A stretch of 55,792 bases of DNA, filler included, from Platydemus manokwari (Eukaryota): NCBI GenBank assembly GCA_037951405.1. It is 5 parts of 5 records of this genome, joined end to end, with 100 filler letters (N's around TTAATTAATTAA, not from the genome) between each part and the next. Parts side by side here need not be neighbours in the genome. Positions count along the whole stretch, not along the records: positions 1 to 14,592 come from JBBMOY011436978.1; positions 14,693 to 27,065 come from JBBMOY010165565.1; 3 more parts are not named here. One strand, given 5' to 3'. How positions within the stretch are numbered: the stretch's first letter is position 1; each line of letters starts with the position of its first letter. The notes beneath the pieces were generated by a model that saw only the letters and a program-made list of their open reading frames with translations, was not told the origin of the DNA and did not search any database. Shown here piece after piece: positions 13,701 to 24,771 of the stretch. The position numbers were made by a program, and so were the translations under genes.

Positions 13701-14592
13701 TTTCAATCCGATAATCGATATTAATTAATCATACCAATAAAATCAATCGAATAATTCATTAAATTAATTGTTAATTTCTTCATCTCCCATAAATCAATTT
13801 TGTTGGACTATTTGAATTGATTAGATATGAATTATTAAAATGTTCTATCACTGATAATGGAATCAATAATTGTGAGCATCATGTGTGCGCGACATGCCTG
13901 ACAAGAGTTAATCTTGTCTATTCATGCAGCCAATCATCAGTGTCGTGCGTTGTGTGCGTGTGTGTCTCATTTCAATAACAAAATTTCCAATATTATCATA
14001 CTGATATTGATTAATAATCAAAAATAATGATTTGTTGTCATCAATGCTTTCTCAATCGATATATAAGACAAATCAATATTTGCCTTTCATCACCATATCA
14101 TTTAACCAGTTTTAATCAATATTGTTATATATTTATAATGCCGATGTTGTGTCATCATTATTATTATTATCATTATTGCGCAATATCGAAACTGGATCGA
14201 TATATGAATTGATGTATCCATTATTGAAATGTTCTCATTCCAGTGTTCGTCAATTCAATTATTATCAAACCGCTAAACTTAAATATGTTGGCAAATCAAA
14301 ACGTATCAAAATATTTCACAAATCATTTTATAATTGGATGGCACAAGCTATTAACATCATGAATCGAATAACATTGCTCAGAGAATTTCTTAAACGACAA
14401 GAAGAACGAAGATCCAGTCTGAGAACGAAATTTGTACAAGTTAATGATTTTATAGAAAGGATTCTCTCATCATTGAATATAGCTGATAAAATAAAAGTGA
14501 GATAAATCGTGTATAATATTGATTAATGTTGTATATTTGATATTATGAAGGATACTCCAACATTATTAGTATCAGATAATGAAAGGATCAAA
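10794..14592 (+). CDS. TBK1: TBK1/IKKepsilon-family Ser/Thr kinase (kinase + ubiquitin-like + scaffold/coiled-coil), multi-exon, 3' end truncated by the gap
   Basis: Spliced translation contains LGKGATADVF, AMK, KEISILKDLNHSNIVK, IMEYC..GSLY, VHRDIKPGN, KLGDMG, SLVGTEEYL|HPDMY, VDLWSIGVTLYH, LPF.PF, KPGIISG.Q, WS..LP..CRLS and FFDE..KILSKK, matching TBK1 (GQGATANVF, HRDIKPGN, SLYGTEEYLHPDMY, VDLWSIGVTFYH). GT-AG introns include 10881-10924, 11042-11097, 13279-13331 and probably 13580-14243 and 14497-14550. An alternative stop lies at 13581-13583. Confidence 0.9.
12606..12707. repeat. Intronic degenerate minisatellite of (GATATT)/(GATCGGCATT) units in the TBK1 gene
   Basis: Repeated attgatattgatcg(gc) units. 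Source of the spurious ININIDQYQY ORFs. Confidence 0.8.
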
Positions 14593-14692
14593 NNNNNNNN
14601 NNNNNNNNNNNNNNNNNNNNNNNNNNNNNNNNNNNNTTAATTAATTAANNNNNNNNNNNNNNNNNNNNNNNNNNNNNNNNNNNNNNNNNNNN
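14593..14692. other. Assembly linker N44-TTAATTAATTAA-N44
   Basis: Identical 100-bp cassette occurs four times; the 12-mer places stops in all six frames. Confidence 0.97.
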
Positions 14693-14746
<54 letters not shown>

Positions 14747-14767
14747 TAATAATAATAATAATAATAA
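14693..14767. repeat. (TAA)n microsatellite at contig start
   Basis: Near-perfect TAA run. Confidence 0.95.
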
Positions 14768-15746
14768 TGGGCTTCAATAACATATTTGAAAATACATTAG
14801 ATAGAAACATTATAAATCCCAAATAAAAACATGAAATTTATTCTTTTGAGTTTGAAATTTATTTTAAAAACTGTAATAACTTACAGGAATGATTTAAATG
14901 AGTTGATTAAGCAAGCTCGATTACTTCAAAGAAAGCTGAAAGTAGTAGGTACCGTGATTTCTGAATGTGAAGAGATTCTCCTATGAAGACTTCCAGTCAA
15001 TTAAAACCATTGAGTTTACTGAAATAACAAAGCATTACTTTACAGGTTATATAATTGATGCCTCCTATAAGAATCTGAAAATCCTTCAGAACACACAAAC
15101 GTAAATATTCGATAGTAATTCTGATGAATAAACATAACAGTTTCTGGAATTTTTCAGAATCTTAAAAATGATTTTAAAACATTGTTGACTATTTTCATTT
15201 GATTTGCAAATCATAAGCCCTTGGAGACAGAAAAACATTATCCCACCATGTTACCAATAACCAATGTATTTAAATTTATTTAAACACAAACCATTGATTA
15301 TCAAAAAAAAATACACTTGTTCCACTTTCACTGAAAATGGCTCACATCAAACAAATATCGGCTACTACCTCATCGGTGTGGCAGAACAATTGAATTAGCC
15401 AATATTAATTTTCTTAAATAAATCGACGCATGTCAATTTTATTGATCACATAGATACAGTTAATGAACTTGAATTTATCACACAGAAATTTCAGTAGGTT
15501 TCAATCATCAAACAAATGGAATTGATAACACTTTCTGTAGAAATACAATAAGATGAATCCTGGTGTCTATTTACAATTTCTATTTCTCGACATGATCAGT
15601 ATCATCTCTAGCTATAATTTCTCCATCAATTCTGATCAAAAAGGTAAACCTTGCTCTCATCGAATCAAAGATAATAATGTGATTTAATTGCTAAACTAAG
15701 TACAACCATAATATTCGAAGAAGTCGCAATCGTGTCAAGATCATCT

Positions 15747-16994
15747 TCATACAGATTTTAACGTCATTGGCTTCATTTCTGTGGGACTGATATTGGACAT
15801 TTCGATATTATTGTCACTCATTGTTGTCATATTGTTTTGACATTTGCTTTGAAAAGTGAAACAACACATTCCAAACAGTGTTTGACGAAACTTGCGACCG
15901 GCGAAACAATATATAATGAAATTGACAGACGAGTTGAGAATGATTAGAAAATTCGACACCGTCAGAAATGCTTGCCAGGCCTCACTGCTGAATATTGGTA
16001 TTTCAGAATTGATACTTTCAGTTAACGAATCACAAACGTTGATTAAAACTGCTGGTAAACCTAATATGTAAAACAAAACGACAATTGTCAAGGGAATTGT
16101 TGTCAGTTTCAATTCTTTACGCTGGGATCTTGAAATATGTCTCCATTGACGTCGACTTTGGTTCAGTCTTTCGATGAGTGCTACATTCCAATACGTTAAT
16201 AAAATGACGGGTATTAAAAATACGAATAATGCATAAAGTGCACCTCCGTAAATGTATCTATACAATTTATTGCTGCCGACTACTGATTTATCGTAAGATT
16301 TTGATGATACATTACATAGATAATTGATAGCTGTTGCGTAATCTTTGAATTGAATGCTTGTTCTATTGAATTCCAGAAGATTTTCCGGAGAACATAAATA
16401 ATTGATTGGGATGAGTTCCGCATCTATATTGGTGATATTGGCCGTCACAACTGAGTATTCCAACCATCGAGGACTGTTATACAAGAGTGAAAAGATATTC
16501 GTTAGAATTATCCATCGACATACACGTTTAAACGAACATCGATTGCTGTCAAACGGTCTACAAACCGCTATGTATCGTTCATATGAAACGAGAACTGTTA
16601 AATACGTTGATGACATCTGACTTGCCAGTAAAATAGGCCACAGAACAATGATAATCGGTCCGTGATTGAGGAAAAGTGGAATCGTCCATTTTATGTTCGT
16701 ATAAGGATATCCAACGCATATGACGTTGGTGATCAAGGTCAGCACCAACACCAACGTATCTGACAATATTAAGGCAGTAAATATGGCGAATAATGGGTGT
16801 AAATGTCTTTGATACATCATTTTTATCGTCACCATCATAGCGACTACATTTCCAAGAGATCCAACCGTACAAAAGAAAAATGTCAAAACAATACCGAATA
16901 CGAATGTTATTTTCTTGTAATAACCAACATCAGGATTGAATGCAACAAGTGAATCGTTGGAGTATTTCATGGAAACATTCACTGATTTGATCAT
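15747..16994 (-). CDS. Class A (rhodopsin-like) neuropeptide GPCR, FMRFamide-receptor-like, intronless, 415 aa
   Basis: Seven hydrophobic segments. GSLGN (TM1), L..SD (TM2), STYLTVLVSYERYIAVCRP (TM3), YNSPRWLEY (TM4-ECL2, cf. FMRFaR YNIPRFFE), LP (TM6) and NSSVNFIIYC..GRKFR (TM7-H8). Confidence 0.9.
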   Translation of the reverse strand: MIKSVNVSMKYSNDSLVAFNPDVGYYKKITFVFGIVLTFFFCTVGSLGNVVAMMVTIKMMYQRHLHPLFAIFTALILSDTLVLVLTLITNVICVGYPYTNIKWTIPLFLNHGPIIIVLWPILLASQMSSTYLTVLVSYERYIAVCRPFDSNRCSFKRVCRWIILTNIFSLLYNSPRWLEYSVVTANITNIDAELIPINYLCSPENLLEFNRTSIQFKDYATAINYLCNVSSKSYDKSVVGSNKLYRYIYGGALYALFVFLIPVILLTYWNVALIERLNQSRRQWRHISRSQRKELKLTTIPLTIVVLFYILGLPAVLINVCDSLTESINSEIPIFSSEAWQAFLTVSNFLIILNSSVNFIIYCFAGRKFRQTLFGMCCFTFQSKCQNNMTTMSDNNIEMSNISPTEMKPMTLKSV

Positions 16995-17674
16995 GGTATA
17001 TTTTTGGGTAAATTACATGACTGAAAAGGATTTCAATTTAATTTGAAAAATAAACGATCGCCATTGGTTCGATTTCGACCAATCATAATTCGAAATTTAT
17101 ATATGCAGACTTTGTTTTATCGTTTACTGATTTTCTGTGCATACTTTAAATTAGTGCTTGTTGAGACATTATAATTGGTTAATTTTTCAGTTATTCCAGA
17201 CAGATATCGATCAGTTCATTGGAATATTGTTTTGTCATCTTTAGTTATTCGACAAAAACCAAGAAATGAAAAATATTTTTTATTATTAATATAGGTGCGA
17301 TGAAGTGGTACTTTGTTCTCGGATGTCACTATGAAATATATTATGTTGGCATGGTTTCTATGATCATGTGTATATATTTCCTTCTTTTCTGGATAACATA
17401 ATGTTTTTACAAGATATTTTTACTAGAAATTTTGATTGTTGGTTAAATTTATGAATTTACATCCGAAGGGTTAAGTGGTCATTGGAAATGTTTTTTTTTA
17501 ATAACATGAAGACCTTCACGTAATTATATATAATGATTTTCAATAATGATTTATTCCTATAATTATGAGAAGTTATGATCTTGCTTGTGACTTAATGTCG
17601 TGATTAAGCTTTGAGCTTTTATCGAATAGGAAGCCATAAAATTTTAGTATAAAATCAGGGCAATAGAGCTTTAA

Positions 17675-19848
17675 CACTAAACCTACCAGGGCGGTCAAAT
17701 GACCGCTTTTGAGACTTTAATGAAAATTGTCAAATTCCAGGTTTTTATTTTTCTTGAACTTACTGCACGACTTTTCCTGTGATATATAGCTGTTTAATTT
17801 TTCAATATATATTTCTCTTTCTCTATCTTTTTTCCTGATAATAATATGTACTCTACTGTTGTCTACCCGGAGCGATCAAATGACCGCTAGAATATATATG
17901 AAATTTTATGAAGTTATCTGCATTGAAATCTCAAACTTAACACAAAAACAGAGCGATTGCTGGTAACTCACTAGGTGAGGCAAAATAGCGATCATTCAAA
18001 TTAGATTACTGCCTCTGTACGCAGCATTATAAATATTTGCGACGTGATTAGTTCTAACTGTAATAATAAAATAGGCTACAAACTCCAGGTAACAAACAAA
18101 TAAAATAGTAAGTACTAATTTCTGCATTTGTTATAGGTGAATTATTCAAATACAAATTCAAAAATTTAGCTATAAAATGTCAATGAAAAGGAAATTGCTG
18201 GAAGAAATAAATAATATAAGCGAACAACTATATTCTGAAGTAGATAAAGAAGAAAATTCTAGGAGTGAGGATAGTATATATGATCAATTAGACACTGACT
18301 CTGAGCTGTTCGACACGGATAATGAGGAAGAGAACATTGCGAACACGCATAGGGGACTAAAAAGAATGAGATTGTTCTCCAGTTCCGAAGATGAATGTGA
18401 AGAAAACGATCAGAATATTGAAACTGTAATTGATGAAGCTGTTTGGCAAAAAATTCAGCAAGGATCTGGACCTGGAAGATCTTCGCTTCATACAATTTTC
18501 AGAGAAATATCAGAGCCAACGGGATATGCGAAACGCAACATTATGAAGGGCAAAGTAAGGCGTGCATGTTCGTTGATGCTTTACCAGGGAATTATGAATA
18601 GTATAAAAATATTCACAGAATCAGAAGCACGTCGAGTTTTAGGATCCGAATGGAGTATAACTTTAGAAGAGTTAGATGCTTTTATTGCAATTTTATATGC
18701 ACATGGTGCATATGAAACAAGAAACTTGAACGTTTCATATTTATGGAATAAGAAATGCGGTTCTGCATTTTTTCACAAACAATGAACTGAAATCGTTTCA
18801 CAGAAATTATGGGATTTATTCGTTTCGATAGAAGAAGCGAGGGGAGCCAGCGTCTCCAGACTGACAAATTTGCTCTCATCTCCAAGGCATGGAATGCATT
18901 TATAGAAAATTGACAAAACTGTTACAAACCAGGTGCAAATATTACTGTTGATGAACAGCTATTTGCGACAAAATCAAGATGCCGATTTACAGAATATATG
19001 CCCAATAAGCCCGATAAGTTTGGAATCAAGTTCTGGTTGGCATTGGACGTTGAAAGTAAATATATTGTGAATGGATTTCCGTATTTGGGAAAAGATGAGA
19101 CGAGGCCATCAGCAATACCACTTAGTGAATTTGTTGTTGTCAAACTCATTGAACCATTTATAGAGTGCGCACGAAATGTAGCCACCGATAATTTTTTTAC
19201 GAGCACATCTTAGCAACAAAACTTAACAACAAAAGAACCAGCTTAGTAGGATCTATTCGGGTGAATAAGAGGGAATTACTCAAATCTGCAAAAGAAAAGA
19301 AAGACAAAATGACAAGTTTTTCAACGCAGCTTTACAAATCAAATAATTGTACTCTAACTTGTACTTGCCACCGAATACCGCGATATACACGAACAAGAAA
19401 AAATGGAAAGTATGGCGAAAACTTCAGCAGATTCCACTACAACTTCTGAAAGACGAAAAACGTGTCAAATTGGATATTGCAAAAAAAAACAAACCATAAA
19501 CATTTGTTCTACATGTAAAAAATATGTTTGTGGAAAATGTTTATTGGAGAGACCCGTTATCTGTAAAAAGTGCGACAACGAATAAATTTTATTTTAGTTT
19601 GAATAATTTAAGTTTGAAGTAACATATAATTTTTTAGTTTCGAGCATTCTTTCTAAAAATGTACTCCTAAAGCCCGAAAAGTAAATGTTTATTAATTATT
19701 ATATGATAATTATTTTGTGTTCATTGTTTATACTAAATTCTGTATTAATTACAATCAACTGGAAAACACTATAATATTTATTTCAAAAGCGGTCAATTGA
19801 CCGCCATCGGTAGAAATAGGTATATATAATACGTCGGTAGGTTTAGTG
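17675..19848 (+). mobile_element. piggyBac DNA transposon with intact ends and a defective transposase
   Basis: TTAA TSD at 17671-17674 and 19849-19852. Perfect 13-bp TIRs CACTAAACCTACC / GGTAGGTTTAGTG. Internal 16-bp palindromes GCGGTCAA(A/T)TGACCGC. Confidence 0.95.
18177..19585 (+). pseudogene. piggyBac (PGBD4-like) transposase pseudogene
   Basis: Acidic N-terminus, RF.EIM.FIRFD, TVDEQLF, YMPNKPDKFGIKFW, TDNFFTS and a C-terminal Cys-rich domain (C..GYC..C..C..YVCGKC..C..C). Frameshift near 18770, stops near 18788, 18911 and 19211, and an internal deletion near 19360 that removes the third catalytic Asp region. Confidence 0.9.
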
Positions 19849-20752
19849 TTAAACCCATTAAATTTATCCATTAAAGAAATATTCCCAGTGAATTTTTGTG
19901 TTATCGCACTTAATAAATTCTAGCGCGAACAGCAAATAAAATAAAGAGAAATTTTCTGTGTATTTCCAGTGTAATAAACATATATGCATTGCATTAAATA
20001 AAAATTTGTAGAGAATATTTACGAATGACTCACCACTGTCTATAAAGACATTTTAAAACCACATTAAGATATCACATATTCTTACTATTTATAGAGCGAA
20101 AGCTCAAAAAACATCCTGAAAAGACACTTCCCCAAGATCACGAATTGGCTCGTTGATCGATTTGTATTACATAAATTCGATTTTACACGTATAATGTTGT
20201 GAGAAGATATTTAATAATCAACAATCACAAATTGACTCCATAAGTAACAATTAATTTTTGTAGAATAAATGATTAAGTCTCATACGACTAAGAATAGTAA
20301 ATTTTCGGTATCGATTAATCAAATATTCGGCATAAATTACTAAGAATAATAACAGTTCACCTTTAATCGCAATCGTCATTGATTTTTAACTTTTTTTCTA
20401 AACTCAAGACAAATATATCAATAAGCTGTGTTTGACTAGAAAATTGTAAGCAATTTTTCTTTTTAATACACAAATAGTAATCATTCAATCAATTCAACAT
20501 TTTTCTTCACAATAACAATGGCATCGAATCAAAAGATATAATTAAATGATATGCCTTGTTAAAATTTCCATTTTCATTCGGATTACTAACATGTAAAAGC
20601 TGAAATATGAAAATGTTGCTAATAATAGTAACAGTGTTATTTGATTATTAAAACAAAACAATTTAATACTAATGTTATACAGACAATTAATACCGACGAT
20701 ATCGTCATTTACATAATAAATTTCAAAGAATTATCACATTTATTAAATCGTA

Positions 20753-22080
20753 TCAATTCAACTCTACAATGACTGGCTGCTCATCTTCTAAATCATCATC
20801 AAAATCCCATTCATATTTGTTCACCATTGTTTCCTTCAACCCTGTAGCTTTCAGTTTCAATTCGTCCGTGATATTAGCTTCATCGAGAATCACCTCAAAT
20901 AATCTCTTCATAGAAATATAGAATTTATTTTTCTAAAAGAAAACGCGATTCAATGCTCAAAAATCATTCAACAAAAAACCCAACATTTGTGGTGATGTCT
21001 GCAAAATCTTCTTCCGTCAGCTTCAATTGATGATGTAGAACTGAAATAAAGGAGATATAGAGATCCTGGTATTTAGTAATCGCTTCAACACAGTTTGATA
21101 AGAGATCCAAAATCGAAATCCACTGTTCAAAACCCGCCAATACAAATCCGAGATTATAAGTGATAAATGCAATTTGAAATTCACCAAGAAAATTTTTGGG
21201 ATTCATTTTATAGATTTCCTTCGATTCAATTAGCTTGTCTAGTGTAAATGTTTTGTCCATCATATATTTTGTAGGATTAGTCGAGTCTAAAAGAAATTCG
21301 ATATATTAATGAAATGAAATTAATCACTAAATAAATAAGTTAATTTAAAATATAATTGGTATATAATAGTAATTAATCGAAAATGAGCTCTTACCGGGTG
21401 GAAATAAAAATCGAGGAATTTCGCTAAAATGAATTTTCGCTATGGGATCACATTCTAACTCCAATAAACCATCTTTGTCATATTTAGGTGGAAAATTCTT
21501 TCGATCTTCAATTGAAGATGATTTGGATAAAAATTGTTCAACGGAATAAATCCGTCCACAATCAGGCATAACTTGATTTATTAATTGAGGTGCTATCAAG
21601 TCTGTAATTGACCACCAATCAATGTGACTGATTAAAATATTAAATCGATAAAGATTAAAAACAATTTTTACTTATCCATAAAATATTTCCCAAGATATCG
21701 ATCAATTTCCGTCATATTATCATTATATCTATACTTATCTTCTTCAGTCAAAATAACATCTTCAAAATCTTAATTCAATTTTAAAAAATGTTTAAGATAA
21801 ATAAAAATTAACCTTCTTTGATTGACGACCATCTTTTGACAATAACTGAACTTGAAGATAAGTATAACAAAAATCCGATGTTATGTGATTCTTCCTTCGG
21901 TCTAAACATCGATAAGAAAGTTTATCAAAGCATTTCAATCAACCCATAATAAACATAATGACAACCATCTGGAATGTCTTTAATGCCCTTAAAATTTGGT
22001 CCCACTGTCCACTGTCTTAAATCGATACCAAAACTATAACCTGTAGGAAAATCTAGTAAAATTAATTTATTATTGGTCAT
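20753..22080 (-). CDS. AAR2: AAR2 U5 snRNP assembly factor, multi-exon
   Basis: Begins MTNNKLILLDFPTGYSFGIDLRQWTVGPNFKGIKDIPDGCHYVYY, then IDRYLGKY, FLGEFQIAFI, FEQW and HHQL, ending YEWDFD..EDEQPVIVELN*. Matches AAR2 (FGID..W.VGP.F.GVK.IP.G.H; GELQFAF; D.APVVV). Confidence 0.93.
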
Positions 22081-22430
22081 TTTGAATTAACAATAATTTA
22101 TGAGAAATATTAAAACAACTATATAATAAATCAATATTCAAAATAATATTTTTATACATTTGATTTAATCCTTTTTACTTGAAATCTTAACATAACTATT
22201 CTGAATATAATTCACGTATATAATAAACCATTTCCAATTGATTCCAATGAGTATTTATTTACAAATTCGAAACTTATTTCAAATCATAATTAAAATATAA
22301 AAAAAATTTATTAGTCAAATATTATAGATCAAAAACAATATTATTCAAACACCGTGTTTAAAATATTTAAATACTCAGTAAGTTTTCAATAATAAAATTC
22401 TTTTTAGTAAAATAAATATTTATTAAATTT

Positions 22431-24771
22431 TTATTTCATAAATTTTGCTTTTTTCGTTATATGTTCTTGAAGTAATTTATTTTTCTGCTTCAGACTTAAT
22501 TTTTGTTGTTTTGCCTTCTTTTTGAAGCTAACCATCATGAAGTTCTTTTTCTTAGCCTTTTCTCTATTAGTTGTACTAGCGTTAGGATTAAATCGATTGA
22601 CATTGAAACCGAATTTCGCTCTGTCAATTCTACCCTCCCTAATACTTTCCATCTTTTCCTCTTTCGTTGCCTTGAGTTTCTTTGACATATGTGTGATGAT
22701 TCTTTCTGTAACGAATTCTGCTGGAACAGTTGGATCAATCAATTCACCAGTATCGGAATCAATTTCCATTTGATTTTCAACTTTTTTACCAGCTTTTTTG
22801 GCAGCTCTTTCCTGACATATAATTTTAGTCATGAAAAAGATCACAAAATAATGCTAATTATCTTACCGCCTTCTTCACAATGTGCTGCTTAATAGCCATA
22901 TGTTCTTCATCCGTAAATATATGACTATATGATGCTTGTTCAGCTAGTTTTCGTCTTTCAATAGGATCCACCAGATCTTTTTCTTCATCATTTTCTTTCG
23001 CTTCATCATCTGAATGCACAATGTCTACCCATTCTCCTAATTCCTCCTCATCACTGATATCACTGCAAGATTCGTATTCATCCTCATCTGCATTTTCAGC
23101 ATCATCGTGCGTTTTAATAATTTCAGCTCCAGGAACAAAAGAAACAGCATTCAATGCTCCAAATGTTTGTGGTAATCTACATGCATCACCTTGGATTTCT
23201 GCATCAACAGTCGCTTCTGTGGGTCGTCCTCGTTCACATTTCGGTAGCATGTTTGGATTGAGCTATAATGAAGAATAAAATCCAATAAAAATCAATAAAT
23301 GATTTACTTCTCGATAAAGCCTGATCAATGAACGAACTGCTGAAACAACGTTTTTGTCGTGATAACTTCGAAATTCAATTAACAAATGCAAAAGATCTTC
23401 TGGGATAGCGTGTGGACATCTCACACAAATTTCCCGAATAGAATTCAAACCCAAAGCTATACCTTGGCCAGAGATACCTTCATTAGCAAATTGGTCGGCA
23501 ATCATCTTGACAACTGGTTGAATATCATCTGGTGAAACATATTCATGACTAGCTTGGGCAGCATACACCAATAAATTCGTCACATCGGGTGTCGACGGTT
23601 TCAAAAATCCGGTTATGTAAGAATAGAAATTGACGAGTTGTAGCTTGTGATAAGATATCAATCGTGACAATAATTCCAATATCATCATTCGAATATGAAT
23701 CGGAGCCTTTTTCACTTTACTGAACAATCTTTCAACGAATGATTGAGGATCACGCAGACTCTGAATAGCTAAAACGTTGCATTCCAACGACAGTGAATCA
23801 GGTTTGTCCTTTTTCTTTTTACTCTTTCGTTTTAAGTTATTAAGTTCTCGATCCAAATGCTTTTGCCTTGCTTGACTCTTTTTGCCAACCCTGTGAGCAA
23901 GTTTTAATTTCCGTACTTTATCAAGACGACTCTGAACAGCATGATATATTTTTAAAGATATTAATATTCAACATCTTACAGCTTCATTTTCTGATTCACT
24001 ATCGCTCTCATCTTTTGCTTTGGCTGATTTATTCAAAAAGAACTTCAAAGCTGTTACTTTAACTTTCGCTGAGTCATGAAGACAACAATCGGCCAATATA
24101 TTGACGGTCCTTTCATCGGTCCAGACATTTTTCATAAAAAGCAAAACAAATATTCTAGCAGCATAGTTTGCACTTTTTCCTTTTCTTTCATTTATGAATT
24201 TTTGAAGCAATGCTTTAGTTTTCTATTTATATGATATAATTTCGATTATTGGAATAATAACAATAAACCTTATTTAAATCAACTGGATTTGAAGTATGAT
24301 TTTTCTTTTTCAAATCATTGGTAATAAAATTGCAAATAACCCTACGCAACTCTTTGTCTTCGCATGTGATAAGTGGTAATAACGTTTCATAAGCAACAAT
24401 TGCGGGTATATTATTCTTATTACATAGTCTCATTAAGACTTTGACAAATTCCATCCGATATGTTGCATGATACATTTTCATAAATGATACTTGTTTGATA
24501 ATGTCTAAAACCATGTCAGAAAACTTCTTTTTCATTCCATCATCACAATGCGTTATATTCTATACAAAATGAATTAAATTAAAAATTATTAGAAGTTTAC
24601 CAAAACTAATTTATTTATTAATGAAATAAAATCCTTGCCAGCGGGACCAGAGCCTATTGAAGCAACCTCCTCTTTAAATCTCTCAAAATCACTTTCTACC
24701 TATTCATTAAAAATTAAAATATTTAAAAATATTTCTAAAACAACTTCTTCCAATTCAATTTCAAACCTCAT
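22431..24771 (-). CDS. SDAD1: SDA1 / SDAD1 60S ribosome biogenesis factor, multi-exon
   Basis: CEDKELRR, VWTDERTVN.LA..C, ALKFFL, LRDPQSFVERLF, LISYHKL.L.NFY, AAQASHE.V.PD, GLNSIREICVRCP, DKNVVSAVRSLIRLYRE, RGRPTEA and ASTTNREKAKKKNFMM. The start codon at 24771 is tentative. Confidence 0.93.
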
